Assembly: GCA_016839945.1 (NCBI GenBank)
Contig: JAEOTE010000007.1
Coordinates: 32,001 to 96,000, forward strand
DNA from: Candidatus Heimdallarchaeota archaeon
GTDB taxonomy: Archaea > Asgardarchaeota > Heimdallarchaeia > Heimdallarchaeales > Heimdallarchaeaceae
Length of the DNA stretch: 64,000 bases
Direction of reading: 5' to 3'
This document shows, one piece after another, positions 1 through 10,071 of this stretch; position 1 is the stretch's first letter, and every line of letters starts with the position of its first letter. The notes below the pieces were generated by a model that did no database searches, was not told the DNA's origin, and worked only from the letters and a program-made list of their open reading frames with translations. The translations under genes were made by a program, and so were the position numbers.

Positions 1-48
1 TACTATGAATTCATTCTAGCTGCTAAAACTCGCTCAAAGAAGCGATAA
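1..48 (+). CDS. 3' end of an unidentified upstream CDS (…YYEFILAAKTRSKKR*)
   Basis: Frame 1 is open from base 1 to TAA at 46-48; too short to identify. Confidence 0.35.
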   Translation, partial: YYEFILAAKTRSKKR

Positions 49-101
49 ATATAGAGTTAAATTTTTCATTTAGTTAATATATTTAAAACTAAATATTATT
101 A

Positions 102-1268
102 GTGGTCAGTAAAATGGGAGTAAATGAGAAAATAGATTTAGCAATTGATAAAATCTCTCAAAAAATTAAAACATATAATGAACATAGAAGATTGTTTCAA
201 GATCTTTTTCGATCAGTAAAGCGCTCACTTAATCCTTCAGAATTTCCAAGTGCGTTTGGAATTCAAACTTCAGATATTAGCTTTACAACAGAGGTGTCTG
301 AAACAAATGTTGAAGGATTAAAAATTGCAGGAGTAGATGGAGGAGTTATTCATCGTTCTTTAAACTTCTTTGATATTGCTCTTATTAGAGCAGTAGGTGT
401 ATTGTTTTATTATCGAAAGGAAAATAATCCCATTGTCAACTATTTTCCTGAAGAACAACCATTTCCAGATATCCTAACCAGCATCGAACCATTATCTCAA
501 AATGAAATTGATGCTCTAATTTCAATGTGGAGAATACAAAAAGAAATTCGATGTTGTATTTCATTAGTTGAAGAAGATGTACCAGATATCATTATTTTAG
601 ATGGTTCAGTTCTACCTTATGTTGAGTACAAATATATAAGTCAGAAGGATTTCTTAATGAATCAGTACAGAAACATAAAAACACTTTATAGAAGATTATA
701 TACCCTGTGTAAGAAAAATAGAACTTTACTCTGTGGAGTGGTAAAAGATTCTCGTTCAGCTATTCTTACAGGTAAACTTTCACCACTTTTACCTCATTTA
801 GGAAAACTCCCAGAATTTGAGAGATTGTTGAAAATTGACTACAGACCAATTATAAAACAATTACGAGATACAGATTTACTTTATCAGATTCTTGATAAAA
901 ATGAACGAACTTTTGAGTTTTTCCTTTCAAAATTCAATGATGAGAGTGATAAAGATCTTGATAACTTTGATATTCACTGTTTTTATCTAAAAACTGCTGA
1001 ATTTGATACACCCTTAAGAGTTGAGTTTCCAATCCTTTTCTCTAATCAGCAAGAGACTTCGAAAAAAATAGCTTCTTTGGTTACTGCAGTATCGAAATAT
1101 AATCCAGAATATGGAATGCCTAGTGTAATAATAGAAGCAGATGCAAGAGCCAGATTACAAGAGACAGATGCAGACATTTTAATTGATGAAATTTCATCTA
1201 AGATTGGATACTCAAGTCATTCTCTCCAAAAAAGAAGGAACAGAATCCCATTCAAAACAGGTGATTAA
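102..1268 (+). CDS. nurA: NurA 5'-3' nuclease (DNA double-strand break resection)
   Basis: Motifs GVDGG, IILDGS, GVVKDS, YGMPSVIIEAD; stop abuts herA start; real start may be ATG at 114. Confidence 0.92.
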   Translation: MVSKMGVNEKIDLAIDKISQKIKTYNEHRRLFQDLFRSVKRSLNPSEFPSAFGIQTSDISFTTEVSETNVEGLKIAGVDGGVIHRSLNFFDIALIRAVGVLFYYRKENNPIVNYFPEEQPFPDILTSIEPLSQNEIDALISMWRIQKEIRCCISLVEEDVPDIIILDGSVLPYVEYKYISQKDFLMNQYRNIKTLYRRLYTLCKKNRTLLCGVVKDSRSAILTGKLSPLLPHLGKLPEFERLLKIDYRPIIKQLRDTDLLYQILDKNERTFEFFLSKFNDESDKDLDNFDIHCFYLKTAEFDTPLRVEFPILFSNQQETSKKIASLVTAVSKYNPEYGMPSVIIEADARARLQETDADILIDEISSKIGYSSHSLQKRRNRIPFKTGD

Positions 1269-2762
1269 ATGAGTGAAAAAAGTATAGGTACAGTTATAGT
1301 AGGTGAAGATAATTCACCAAACCCTTCAGAATTTAGTTTTGTTTTAACTAGAGATGAAGAAGAATTTCGATTGCAAAAAGGAATGTATATTGTTGTTCCA
1401 TCAGAGGATGGCAAAATAATAGCAACAATTTCAGACGTTTATAAAACTAATAGATATTTCTCTTCACCTTCTGCAGTTAGAGCATACGAAACTAGTGGAA
1501 AAACCATGGCTTCAATATTTCCAGCAGATAGATGGGAGCACATAATTGCTAGAGCAAAGACTATGGGAATAATGACAAAAATAGGAATTCAAAGACTTCT
1601 CTATCCAGTTTCTCCAGGAGAAACAGTATTCACCCCTGACACTGAGACTTTATCTAGATTTCTTGGATTGGAAAAGACAGATGGTTTACTTCTTGGTAAA
1701 ATTGATCAACACGATCTTGACGTAAGATTGAACTTGACTCGATTATTACAAAAGCATGTTGCTGTTCTAGCAATTTCTGGCGCGGGTAAATCATATACAG
1801 TTTCTGTGATATTGGAAGAGCTCCTTACTAGGAAGAAAGAACAGGGAAGAATTGCAGTTGTACTTTTTGATGTTCATGGAGAGTATAAAGGATTAGGGGA
1901 TGAAAAATCACCATTTCATAAGAAAACAGAAATCTTTCCTGGAGCCGTTATACAATTCGCAACTCACTCTATAAGGCCTGGACAATTTGCAGTTTTTGAA
2001 CCTCAAATAACACCTGTACAAACTAGAGAGCTCTATAGGATAAATCAAAAACTATTTCACGACAAAGTAAAGCAAGGAGAAGGCTACATTATTTCAGATA
2101 TAATTGCAGAATTAGAGAGTGATGACCAAATAAATCCAAGAAGCAAAGAAGCGCTCATTGGTTGGTTATATACATTAGAACGTACAAAATTATTTGGACT
2201 TGGAGAAAATCCTGCATTAGAAGAAATATTAGAACCAGGAAAACTGGTAATTTTTGACCTAAGTGAGTTTACAAGTATGAAACTTAAACAGATGATAGTG
2301 AGTTATATTCTGTATAGAATATTTGATTCGAGGAAAAAAGACACTGTACCTCCAACAGCTATTGTCTTGGAAGAAGGTCATCAATTCGCCCCAGAAGCGC
2401 GACTTGAATTAGCTATCTCTCGTCCCATAGTAGAAACTATAGCAAGAGAAGGAAGAAAGTTTTTCACCTCCCTTATTTTAGTAAGTCAAAGGCCTGTTAA
2501 ATTATCAACAACGACTCTAAGTCAATGCAATACTCACATTATAATGAATGTTCTTAATCCATATGATCTCGATTTTATAGGAAGGTCATCTGAAGGTATT
2601 GATAAAGCAACATTAAGTGCAATTACAACACTTGGTGTAGGAGAAGCGATAATTGCTGGCAATGCAGTTAATCAACCGATTTTTGTCAAAATCCGTGAAA
2701 GGAAAACAAAAACAATGAAAACAAAAACACTTGAAGAATCCGCAAAAAAGTATGATGTATGA
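1269..2762 (+). CDS. herA: HerA helicase/translocase
   Basis: N-terminal HAS-barrel-like region, Walker A SGAGKS, FDVHGEY, LEEGH, AREGRKF, SQRP; GGTGA SD upstream. Confidence 0.93.
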   Translation: MSEKSIGTVIVGEDNSPNPSEFSFVLTRDEEEFRLQKGMYIVVPSEDGKIIATISDVYKTNRYFSSPSAVRAYETSGKTMASIFPADRWEHIIARAKTMGIMTKIGIQRLLYPVSPGETVFTPDTETLSRFLGLEKTDGLLLGKIDQHDLDVRLNLTRLLQKHVAVLAISGAGKSYTVSVILEELLTRKKEQGRIAVVLFDVHGEYKGLGDEKSPFHKKTEIFPGAVIQFATHSIRPGQFAVFEPQITPVQTRELYRINQKLFHDKVKQGEGYIISDIIAELESDDQINPRSKEALIGWLYTLERTKLFGLGENPALEEILEPGKLVIFDLSEFTSMKLKQMIVSYILYRIFDSRKKDTVPPTAIVLEEGHQFAPEARLELAISRPIVETIAREGRKFFTSLILVSQRPVKLSTTTLSQCNTHIIMNVLNPYDLDFIGRSSEGIDKATLSAITTLGVGEAIIAGNAVNQPIFVKIRERKTKTMKTKTLEESAKKYDV

Positions 2763-2847
2763 ATTCGAAGACCTTAACTAAAATCCGTTAAACAAAATCT
2801 TTTTAAATTATAGTCCTTCCCTCAAATCATACAAATAAACAAAACTG

Positions 2848-3090
2848 GTGTATAAAATGAGCAGTATTCCAATTAATTCGTTAAGAAAGGTTATCGGGCA
2901 AAGTATAATTATTAGATTAAAAGACAATGTAAAATACAAAGGAATACTGGAAAGTTTTGATCAACATATGAATTGTCATTTAAGCAATGCAATAGAAATA
3001 ATTGATAACGAAGAAGTTTCAAATTATGGTAATATTTTTGTTAGAGGAAACAACATCCTCTTAGTTCAGCTTTATGTAGATGAATTATAA
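2848..3090 (+). CDS. Sm/Lsm-like RNA-binding protein (SmAP)
   Basis: Sm1 motif GILESFDQHMN, Sm2 motif IFVRGNN; start may be ATG at 2857. Confidence 0.92.
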   Translation: MYKMSSIPINSLRKVIGQSIIIRLKDNVKYKGILESFDQHMNCHLSNAIEIIDNEEVSNYGNIFVRGNNILLVQLYVDEL

Positions 3091-3091
3091 A

Positions 3092-5203
3092 TTATTCATC
3101 ATTTTCTTTAGTTCTTTTCTTTCTTTCACGACTTATTGTTTCATCATACTCTTGTATTTCTCTTTCTCTTACTTTACGATAATCTTCAACTAATGAATCA
3201 AGGAAGTTTTCTTTTTTCTCTATAATTACTTCTTCTAGCTCTTGCTCAGCTTTCTCTATTAAATTTAGAAATTGATCTTCCTTTATTACAGCTATTTCAT
3301 CAATTCTTTTTATCTCAACATCTGAAATATCCGCTAGAGGGATTTGTTTTTCGATCAAAATTTTCTTAGCATAATACGAAAGTTGGTTTATGTTTCCTAT
3401 TATTGCTTTGATATTATAGGATAGAAGTTGTTCAGCTGTTTGACCTCCTCCTCCCGTTGTATCCAAAATTAAAACAGTATCTCCAGGACCCAATCCATAT
3501 GTTTTTACTGTATTTTCTATCTCTTCATTTGTGAATTTTTTAATTACTTTTATTGGTAACCATCCTTCTTGATTTCTTAACCATGTAACTTTTTTCAATT
3601 CCTCAACTCTATTCACATATCTTTCTAATTCATCTTCTAATTGCTTCATTTTTTCTTCAAGGAAGGAAATTTTGTTATCCTTTACAATAAACATTTTTTC
3701 TTTCTGAATCCTCTCGACATATTCAAATTTTCCTTCATCTAATTTCATCTGAAGATACTCTATTTTTTCTTCCATATCTCTATTTTCTAAATGTAACTCA
3801 CTGTTTTTTCTTCTTTCCCAGTCCAATTGTTCTTGAAGTAAATTGATTTTATTCCCTAACTCACTAATATCTGGAGATGCAGGTTTTACCGCTTTTTGAA
3901 CCACAGCTAAATCTTCAGCAATAACTGAATCTTCCGCTATCATTTTTTGAATCTCTTCTGTAGCTTCAACTGGTGATTTACCCTTAACAACGGAATCCTT
4001 GATTTCATCCCTTAAAGATTTGTCAAAATCATTGAAGTACTTTCTATCAATTTTTTCAAATTCTGCTTTGTAATTAGTGTAACCACGATAAGCAGAAGCT
4101 AAAGAATCACGTTGATGAGCATTTTTTACCATTACCCCTTGTTGCATCGCTAATTTTCTTGCTATATCATTTTTTTCTGATACTGTCATTACACTTCTTG
4201 GAGTATACAACTTGGAATTAAGAGTTGCTGAGATCTTTTCAACATAAGAAGGATAAGGATAGACATCAACACAAATTAGAGTTGGTTTTCCATAACGAGT
4301 AATTTGCCTTATGATCTGTCCTCTCGTTGCTTCTCTGTAACTTTCCACTTTCAAAATTCTTCCACTTAAATCTAGAATAGACAACCCTACAGTTAAACCT
4401 GGATCAATTCCAACAATTAGTCTTTTTAATGATGATTTTGTTTGAATCTGCTGTGAAAGAGGGATAAATTCTACTCTCTCCTTGTTCACTGGAAAAATTT
4501 TTACTTGATATAATTCACCTTTTTGTTTTCTGATTGTTTTAGTTATTTCCGATATTGGTGCATAAATACTAAAGACAACTTTTTGAGCTCCAAATTTGCT
4601 TTTTGCAGTTCTTTTATCATAATCCAATCGGAATTCTATCAGTTTTTCTTCAATCTTCTTTGCTTCTTGATTAACCGTTGTATCCATTAACCTGCTATAT
4701 CTTTTCTGAGACCATCCTCCTGGTCCTTTTGATTTAGCTCTTGAGATAATGATTTTTGTTTCATCCTCAAAGGGCTCGATTAGATATCCTAGTTTTTTAG
4801 AAGCTAATATTGCACAAGCTTCTGCAGCTGAAAGAGGTGTTAATTTTCCTGCAGGTTTTAATCCATGTTGACTCATTAATTTATGAAGAGAAGTAAATCC
4901 ATGAATAGGAGAACCTGTAATCTGTACTAATTTTGTGTTGGGTAAAAGCTGTAAACAAAGATGAGGAATCTGTGATGGTTTCTTAACTAGTTCATAGATG
5001 TTATCACTTACCAGAAAAACAGCTTGAGAACTTCTTACAATTCCTAAGAGTTTTTGTAAATTTACTTTCTCATATTTCTTGATGATTTCTTCTTTTTTTG
5101 CGTCATAAACACAAACAGCATAGTGTGATGATCTTGTAGGAGATTCTTGAGGTAGTATATCAACACCAACAATTATAGCATCTGTTTCCGCTATACAAAT
5201 CAC
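3092..5203 (-). CDS. DUF460-type RNase H-fold putative nuclease with coiled coil
   Basis: IVGVDI, GPGGWSQKRY, LIVGIDPG, HQRDSLA, long C-terminal coiled coil; follows rio2. Confidence 0.88.
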   Translation of the reverse strand: MICIAETDAIIVGVDILPQESPTRSSHYAVCVYDAKKEEIIKKYEKVNLQKLLGIVRSSQAVFLVSDNIYELVKKPSQIPHLCLQLLPNTKLVQITGSPIHGFTSLHKLMSQHGLKPAGKLTPLSAAEACAILASKKLGYLIEPFEDETKIIISRAKSKGPGGWSQKRYSRLMDTTVNQEAKKIEEKLIEFRLDYDKRTAKSKFGAQKVVFSIYAPISEITKTIRKQKGELYQVKIFPVNKERVEFIPLSQQIQTKSSLKRLIVGIDPGLTVGLSILDLSGRILKVESYREATRGQIIRQITRYGKPTLICVDVYPYPSYVEKISATLNSKLYTPRSVMTVSEKNDIARKLAMQQGVMVKNAHQRDSLASAYRGYTNYKAEFEKIDRKYFNDFDKSLRDEIKDSVVKGKSPVEATEEIQKMIAEDSVIAEDLAVVQKAVKPASPDISELGNKINLLQEQLDWERRKNSELHLENRDMEEKIEYLQMKLDEGKFEYVERIQKEKMFIVKDNKISFLEEKMKQLEDELERYVNRVEELKKVTWLRNQEGWLPIKVIKKFTNEEIENTVKTYGLGPGDTVLILDTTGGGGQTAEQLLSYNIKAIIGNINQLSYYAKKILIEKQIPLADISDVEIKRIDEIAVIKEDQFLNLIEKAEQELEEVIIEKKENFLDSLVEDYRKVREREIQEYDETISRERKKRTKENDE

Positions 5204-5204
5204 C

Positions 5205-6098
5205 TCATTTTATTATGTAATCAATTACTGTTTCTACTTCTTCTGTTGTTATAGACCATTTTTTACCGAAGAAATCAAGAAGATGGGTAAAATCTCTTCG
5301 AAGCAAATTAACTGCTTCAGGGTGATCTGATGGGACAGCTTGAGGAAAATCTATTATAATTAGTGAGTCTCTTCTTATGTCATACAGCATATTGAATTCT
5401 GTTAAATCAGCATGAACCAAGTTATACTTCTGATAAAGTGTTTTTGCAAATTCAATTATTTTTTCAAGTAATTTTATTGGTTTCTTAGGGTATTGGACTT
5501 TTACCAGTTCAACTCCAGGAATAATGTTCATAACTATCATATGTCGGTTGTTCCCTTTTAGAACAGGTATTGGTAAGTTTTTATTTTGGAGTTTTAGCAA
5601 ATTTTCATACTCTCTTTTTGCAGCTATTTCAGCAACAGAGAACATTGAATAATGAAATTTTCCTTTAAGAAAATCTCTTTTTCTCTTAACTTTTTGAAAA
5701 CTAGCTCTACCTGTCCTATTAATTTTCAGCATCACTTCGTTATCTTCAAAATCGACTGCATAATAAATATCGCTTTCCTTTCCAACACCACTAGATCTTC
5801 CAACACCGTAAACTTTTTTGTCTATATACAATTTGTTTAAAGCTAGTGCATCAAAACCCGAAAGCGTTAATGTATATCCTACAAATTGCCCTGTCCATCT
5901 TCTGGTCAGTTTTAATTTATTTAATCTAGATAGATAAAGATCAACATCCTTTTCTCTATAACCTGAATAGTCTGCTACTTTCTCTTTAGGAGCATATTCT
6001 CCTTTCTTTAGAAGAGTTTCCACCATATGTAAGGTTCTAAGTTCTTCATTGGATAAATCTTTCAGAACTTTAGCTCCTCTTAGAGAAATTGGCATCAT
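5205..6098 (-). CDS. rio2: RIO2 atypical Ser/Thr kinase
   Basis: N-terminal winged helix (GYTLTLSGFDALAL), GVGKESDIY, HADLTEFN, IIDFPQ. Confidence 0.93.
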   Translation of the reverse strand: MMPISLRGAKVLKDLSNEELRTLHMVETLLKKGEYAPKEKVADYSGYREKDVDLYLSRLNKLKLTRRWTGQFVGYTLTLSGFDALALNKLYIDKKVYGVGRSSGVGKESDIYYAVDFEDNEVMLKINRTGRASFQKVKRKRDFLKGKFHYSMFSVAEIAAKREYENLLKLQNKNLPIPVLKGNNRHMIVMNIIPGVELVKVQYPKKPIKLLEKIIEFAKTLYQKYNLVHADLTEFNMLYDIRRDSLIIIDFPQAVPSDHPEAVNLLRRDFTHLLDFFGKKWSITTEEVETVIDYIIK

Positions 6099-6149
6099 AA
6101 TGTTTTAAGAGCATAACTTAAAATGCTTTTCTTTCTTAAGGTAAATTGA

Positions 6150-6695
6150 ATGAGTATAAAGAAATTCGAAGTAAGAAGACGGTATGATACAACTGCAAAA
6201 CATTATGATCCTAGGTATACTAACATTCAAAATCAAAAATACAGGGAGGTTTTTTCAAATGGTAACCTTTCTGATTATGAATTAATATTAGATGTTGGTG
6301 CAGGAACTGGTCTTCTTTTGGATTTCTGTAAAGAAAAAACCCAAGATGTCTTTTGTTGTGATTTTTCCATTAATATGTTAATAGAGGGAAAAAAGAAACA
6401 CAAAAATGGATTTTTCATTTGTAGTGACATAGAATCCTTGCCATTTAGAAAAAATAGTTTTGATTTATGTACAAGCTTTTCAGTTCTTCAAAATATACAA
6501 GATATTAACAAGACAATTGCAGAAAAATTTTGGGTTTTAAAAGATAATGGAGAACTTATTTTAACAGCACTAAAGAAGAAATTTGATAAAAATGATTTGA
6601 AACATATTATAGATAAAACTGGTTTTAAGCTTGTGAAAATATGGAATTTATCTGTAGAGGATATCTCGCTTATTGCCAGAAAAGGGGAAAGATGA
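6150..6695 (+). CDS. Class I SAM-dependent methyltransferase
   Basis: ILDVGAGTG, DFSINML, LPFRKNSFD. Confidence 0.9.
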   Translation: MSIKKFEVRRRYDTTAKHYDPRYTNIQNQKYREVFSNGNLSDYELILDVGAGTGLLLDFCKEKTQDVFCCDFSINMLIEGKKKHKNGFFICSDIESLPFRKNSFDLCTSFSVLQNIQDINKTIAEKFWVLKDNGELILTALKKKFDKNDLKHIIDKTGFKLVKIWNLSVEDISLIARKGER

Positions 6696-6705
6696 AATTA
6701 TCTAT

Positions 6706-6987
6706 CTAGATTATATCCAGTATGATCCTACTAATTTTTGTCTTGCAAACCTTGCGTACACCATGTGCACCTGGCTCGTAACGAGATTCCAGAACACCCG
6801 CAACTTCCAGTTTCTTGATTTGAGCTGATGTGTTTGCTTCTGTCTGCTTCATTTTCTTTGCAATACTTGAAATATCCATTTCTTTGTCAATTAGAAGTTT
6901 GACTATATCATATCTTGTTTGAGATGATAAAGCTTTTGCCAGTATAATTATTAATTTTTCATCATTTAATTCAAGAGTTTCTGTCAA
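6706..6987 (-). CDS. ArsR-family winged-helix transcriptional regulator
   Basis: KALSSQTRYDIVKLL…SAQIKKLEVAGV; TTG start with GGGGTGG SD. Confidence 0.85.
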   Translation of the reverse strand: MTETLELNDEKLIIILAKALSSQTRYDIVKLLIDKEMDISSIAKKMKQTEANTSAQIKKLEVAGVLESRYEPGAHGVRKVCKTKISRIILDII

Positions 6988-6989
6988 CT

Positions 6990-7008
6990 TTAACCACCCC
7001 TTGGTTAA
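6990..7008. promoter_or_regulatory. 7-5-7 inverted repeat just upstream of the ArsR start (candidate operator or SD-sequestering hairpin)
   Basis: TTAACCA-cccct-TGGTTAA. Confidence 0.4.
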
Positions 7009-7290
7009 TCAAGCTGGAGTCTTTAAAGGATTATTTAAATATAGCTCTTGTTTGAAAGAAAAAATAGATATTTTCTTATTCATTGTAGTAAAAAAATGGA
7101 ACATTGATAAAATTATTGAGTGTTTTAGACCTTTATTTATAAGTAATATCTCTTAAATAAACAATTTTCCTTAACTTCGTTTAGATATTTCAGTTAACTA
7201 TTTAAAAAATCCCTCATGAATCGTTAAGGCTAAATATTTTTTTATGATAAGTGAAGATGCAATATAAATAAATTCACTAGGTTTAGATTT

Positions 7291-8400
7291 ATGAGTAGTA
7301 CAATTGATGAAAGAATTCGTGATTTGGAGGAAGAAATACGAATAACTCCTAAGAATAAGTCTACTGAACATCATGTGGGTACATTAAAAGCTAAACTTGC
7401 AAAAGCAAAACGCAAAAAACTTGATGTTCAACTCTCAAAAACTGGAAGTAGTTACGGATTTGATGTCAAGAAAGCGGGAGATGGTTCTGTTGTTCTTATT
7501 GGATTCCCTTCTACAGGTAAATCTACTCTTATTTCAAAAATAACAAGTAAGCAATCAAAAGTTGGTGAGTATGCTTTTACAACAACATCTGCTATTCCGG
7601 GAATAATGTTTCATAAAGGTACTCAAATTCAAATTATAGATCTTCCAGGAATTATTGAAGATGCAAGTCGAGGAAGAGGAAGGGGAAAGGAGATTCTTGC
7701 AGTTGCTAGAACTGCAGATATGATTCTTTTACTTCTCGACCCAAAAAAAGCCGAATTATTTTACGAAAAAGCTTTAGATGAACTCGGTGGAGTTGCAATT
7801 AGACCAGGAAAAGAAAAACCAAACATTAGAATTCGCAAGAAAGAACGTGGAGGGATTGCTCTTTCAACTTTAACAAAGTTAACTCATATGAGTGAAAAAA
7901 CATTCAGTGGAATTTTAAGAGAATATAAGATAATGAACGCAAGTGTTACTGTTCGTAGTGATCCTACCATGGATGAATTAATTGATGTTTTAGAAGGCAA
8001 TAGAGTTTATCCTCGATTAATGATAGTAATTAATAAAATAGATACAATTACTGAAAAAACAAAGGGAAAGTTAAAACGAAAGCTTCCGGAATCGATATTA
8101 ATTAGTGCACTAACAGGGGAGAATCTTAAACTACTTAAAGAAGAGATAGTAAAGAGGTTAGAACTCATCCAAATTTTCTTGAAGAAGCAGAGAGAAAAAA
8201 CAGACTATGATGAGCCATTAATTGTGAAATATAATTCCACAATAAAAGATGTGTGTGATAAAATTCATCGCAAATTTAAATCGCAATTTAGGTATGCAGT
8301 TGTATCAGGACCTAGTGCCAAACATAGGAAACAAAGAGTTGGCTTGGATCATGTAGTTAAAGAAGGGGATGTAATAACTATCATTGTTAAGAAGTTCTAA
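7291..8400 (+). CDS. DRG/Rbg-family translation GTPase with TGS domain
   Basis: GFPSTGKS, YAFTT, DLPGIIE, NKID, SAL, C-terminal TGS (QRVGLDH). Confidence 0.95.
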   Translation: MSSTIDERIRDLEEEIRITPKNKSTEHHVGTLKAKLAKAKRKKLDVQLSKTGSSYGFDVKKAGDGSVVLIGFPSTGKSTLISKITSKQSKVGEYAFTTTSAIPGIMFHKGTQIQIIDLPGIIEDASRGRGRGKEILAVARTADMILLLLDPKKAELFYEKALDELGGVAIRPGKEKPNIRIRKKERGGIALSTLTKLTHMSEKTFSGILREYKIMNASVTVRSDPTMDELIDVLEGNRVYPRLMIVINKIDTITEKTKGKLKRKLPESILISALTGENLKLLKEEIVKRLELIQIFLKKQREKTDYDEPLIVKYNSTIKDVCDKIHRKFKSQFRYAVVSGPSAKHRKQRVGLDHVVKEGDVITIIVKKF

Positions 8401-8404
8401 AAGT

Positions 8405-9967
8405 TCATTCTCTTTGATATCTAATTTCTCCACCTATGATAGTATAATCCACAATAACTTCATGAAATTCTTCTTTTTGCATTACATCTAACTTATGACT
8501 CAGCATTACTAAGTCTGCAAGCTTTCCTTCGGTGACTGATCCCTTAATATTTTCCTCCTTTACCGATTTAGCAGGATGCAAAGTATAGCTTCTGATAGCT
8601 TCTTCTAAGCTTAACCTTAGTTCTTGGTTTGGATGAAAGAGAGCTCCTTTTATTCCATATAGAGGTCCTAAAGGCATTCCATCACTCCCAAATGCAAGTA
8701 TCAGGTTTTCTTCCAGAATCCATCGGAAAGGATTATTGATCATTGTTCTTTCTTTTCCTAATCTTTGTTCATACATACCATCAACATCAATTAAGCCCCA
8801 CCTCCAAACAAAATTAGGTTGCATAGAAAAAACCAATCCCAACTTAGCAGCTCTTAAAACATCTTCTTTTCTAAGAATTTCTGCATGTTCAATCCGATGA
8901 AGAGCTTCTTGGCTTTCTAATGGTTCAATGTTTTTTTCAATAGCAGTAATTAGATTAGCATTTGCTTTATCACCTATAGCATGAGCTGCAATTTGTAAAT
9001 TAGCTTGATGAACTTTGGAAACCATAGTTTCAAGTTTCTCTTCATCATATAATGCAAAACCATATTCGTTAGGTTTGTCATCGTATTCATCAAAAACATA
9101 AGCTGTGCGAGAGCTAATAGCTCCATCTGTCATTAGTTTCACAGCTCCAATTTTGAACCACTTATCACCGAAGTTTCTATCTAAACCAATTCTTATTGCT
9201 TCATCAATCATATCCTCGTAAATAATCCCATAGACTCTCACTTTTAGTAGGTTATTCTTAGTAAGGTGTAAATAAACAGGTAAAGTTTCAAAAGTGATAT
9301 TATCATGTACAGAAGTGATACCTAGTTCTATAGCTTCTTCAAATCCTAGCTCAAAACCTTGTATAAAGTCATCAAATGTTGGTCTGGTTTCTTTATTTTC
9401 TTTAAGGTCAACATCTCTTAGAGTCCCTATTACTTCACCTTTCTCGTCCAAATCTACTCCCAGTTGAGTTTTTAAAAGTCCTAATCTCTGAAAACCCAAA
9501 CTATTCACTGTTTCAAAATGACCTGAAACATGTCTTAGCTTAACAGGATTATTGGGACTAACTGGATCTAAATCAGCTGCCGTAAGATACCTTTGATCTA
9601 CCCATTTACTTTGATCCCAAGCTCTTCCAATTATCCAATCCCCAGGTTGTTTCTTATCTACTTCCTGCTTGACTAAATCAACTACTTCTTCTATACTCTT
9701 TGTTTCACTCAAATCTAGATATACTTTGTTTAATCCATTCCATGCTATGTGGGTATGTGCATCAATAAAACCAGGAATTACACTTCTTCCCTTAGCGTCA
9801 ATTACCACAGTATTTGGTCCAACTAAATCAGAGAAATCATTTCCATTACCAACTTTCATAATAGTATCCAAATAAATAGCTACATATTCAGCTCTTGGAG
9901 AGTTCTCATCTATTGTCCAGATATTAGCATTCTGAATAATTAAAGTAGCAAATATCTTCTCTGCCAT
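8405..9967 (-). CDS. YtcJ-like metal-dependent amidohydrolase (Amidohydro_3)
   Basis: PGFIDAHTH, KLMTDG, HAIGD, HRIEHAE, FGSDG, GKLADLV. Confidence 0.92.
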   Translation of the reverse strand: MAEKIFATLIIQNANIWTIDENSPRAEYVAIYLDTIMKVGNGNDFSDLVGPNTVVIDAKGRSVIPGFIDAHTHIAWNGLNKVYLDLSETKSIEEVVDLVKQEVDKKQPGDWIIGRAWDQSKWVDQRYLTAADLDPVSPNNPVKLRHVSGHFETVNSLGFQRLGLLKTQLGVDLDEKGEVIGTLRDVDLKENKETRPTFDDFIQGFELGFEEAIELGITSVHDNITFETLPVYLHLTKNNLLKVRVYGIIYEDMIDEAIRIGLDRNFGDKWFKIGAVKLMTDGAISSRTAYVFDEYDDKPNEYGFALYDEEKLETMVSKVHQANLQIAAHAIGDKANANLITAIEKNIEPLESQEALHRIEHAEILRKEDVLRAAKLGLVFSMQPNFVWRWGLIDVDGMYEQRLGKERTMINNPFRWILEENLILAFGSDGMPLGPLYGIKGALFHPNQELRLSLEEAIRSYTLHPAKSVKEENIKGSVTEGKLADLVMLSHKLDVMQKEEFHEVIVDYTIIGGEIRYQRE

Positions 9968-10071
9968 AATAGAATTTTTACTAGACTGATTTTAAAATAT
10001 ATTGTAAGACCATCTGAAATTTCCTAGAAAATACATTTATAGAAGTCCGAAAGAAATATTCACAGAATCAA

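Noticed and set aside
102-2762. Nuclease + HerA pair as an anti-phage system
   Set aside because: Canonical housekeeping NurA-HerA in a core-gene neighbourhood
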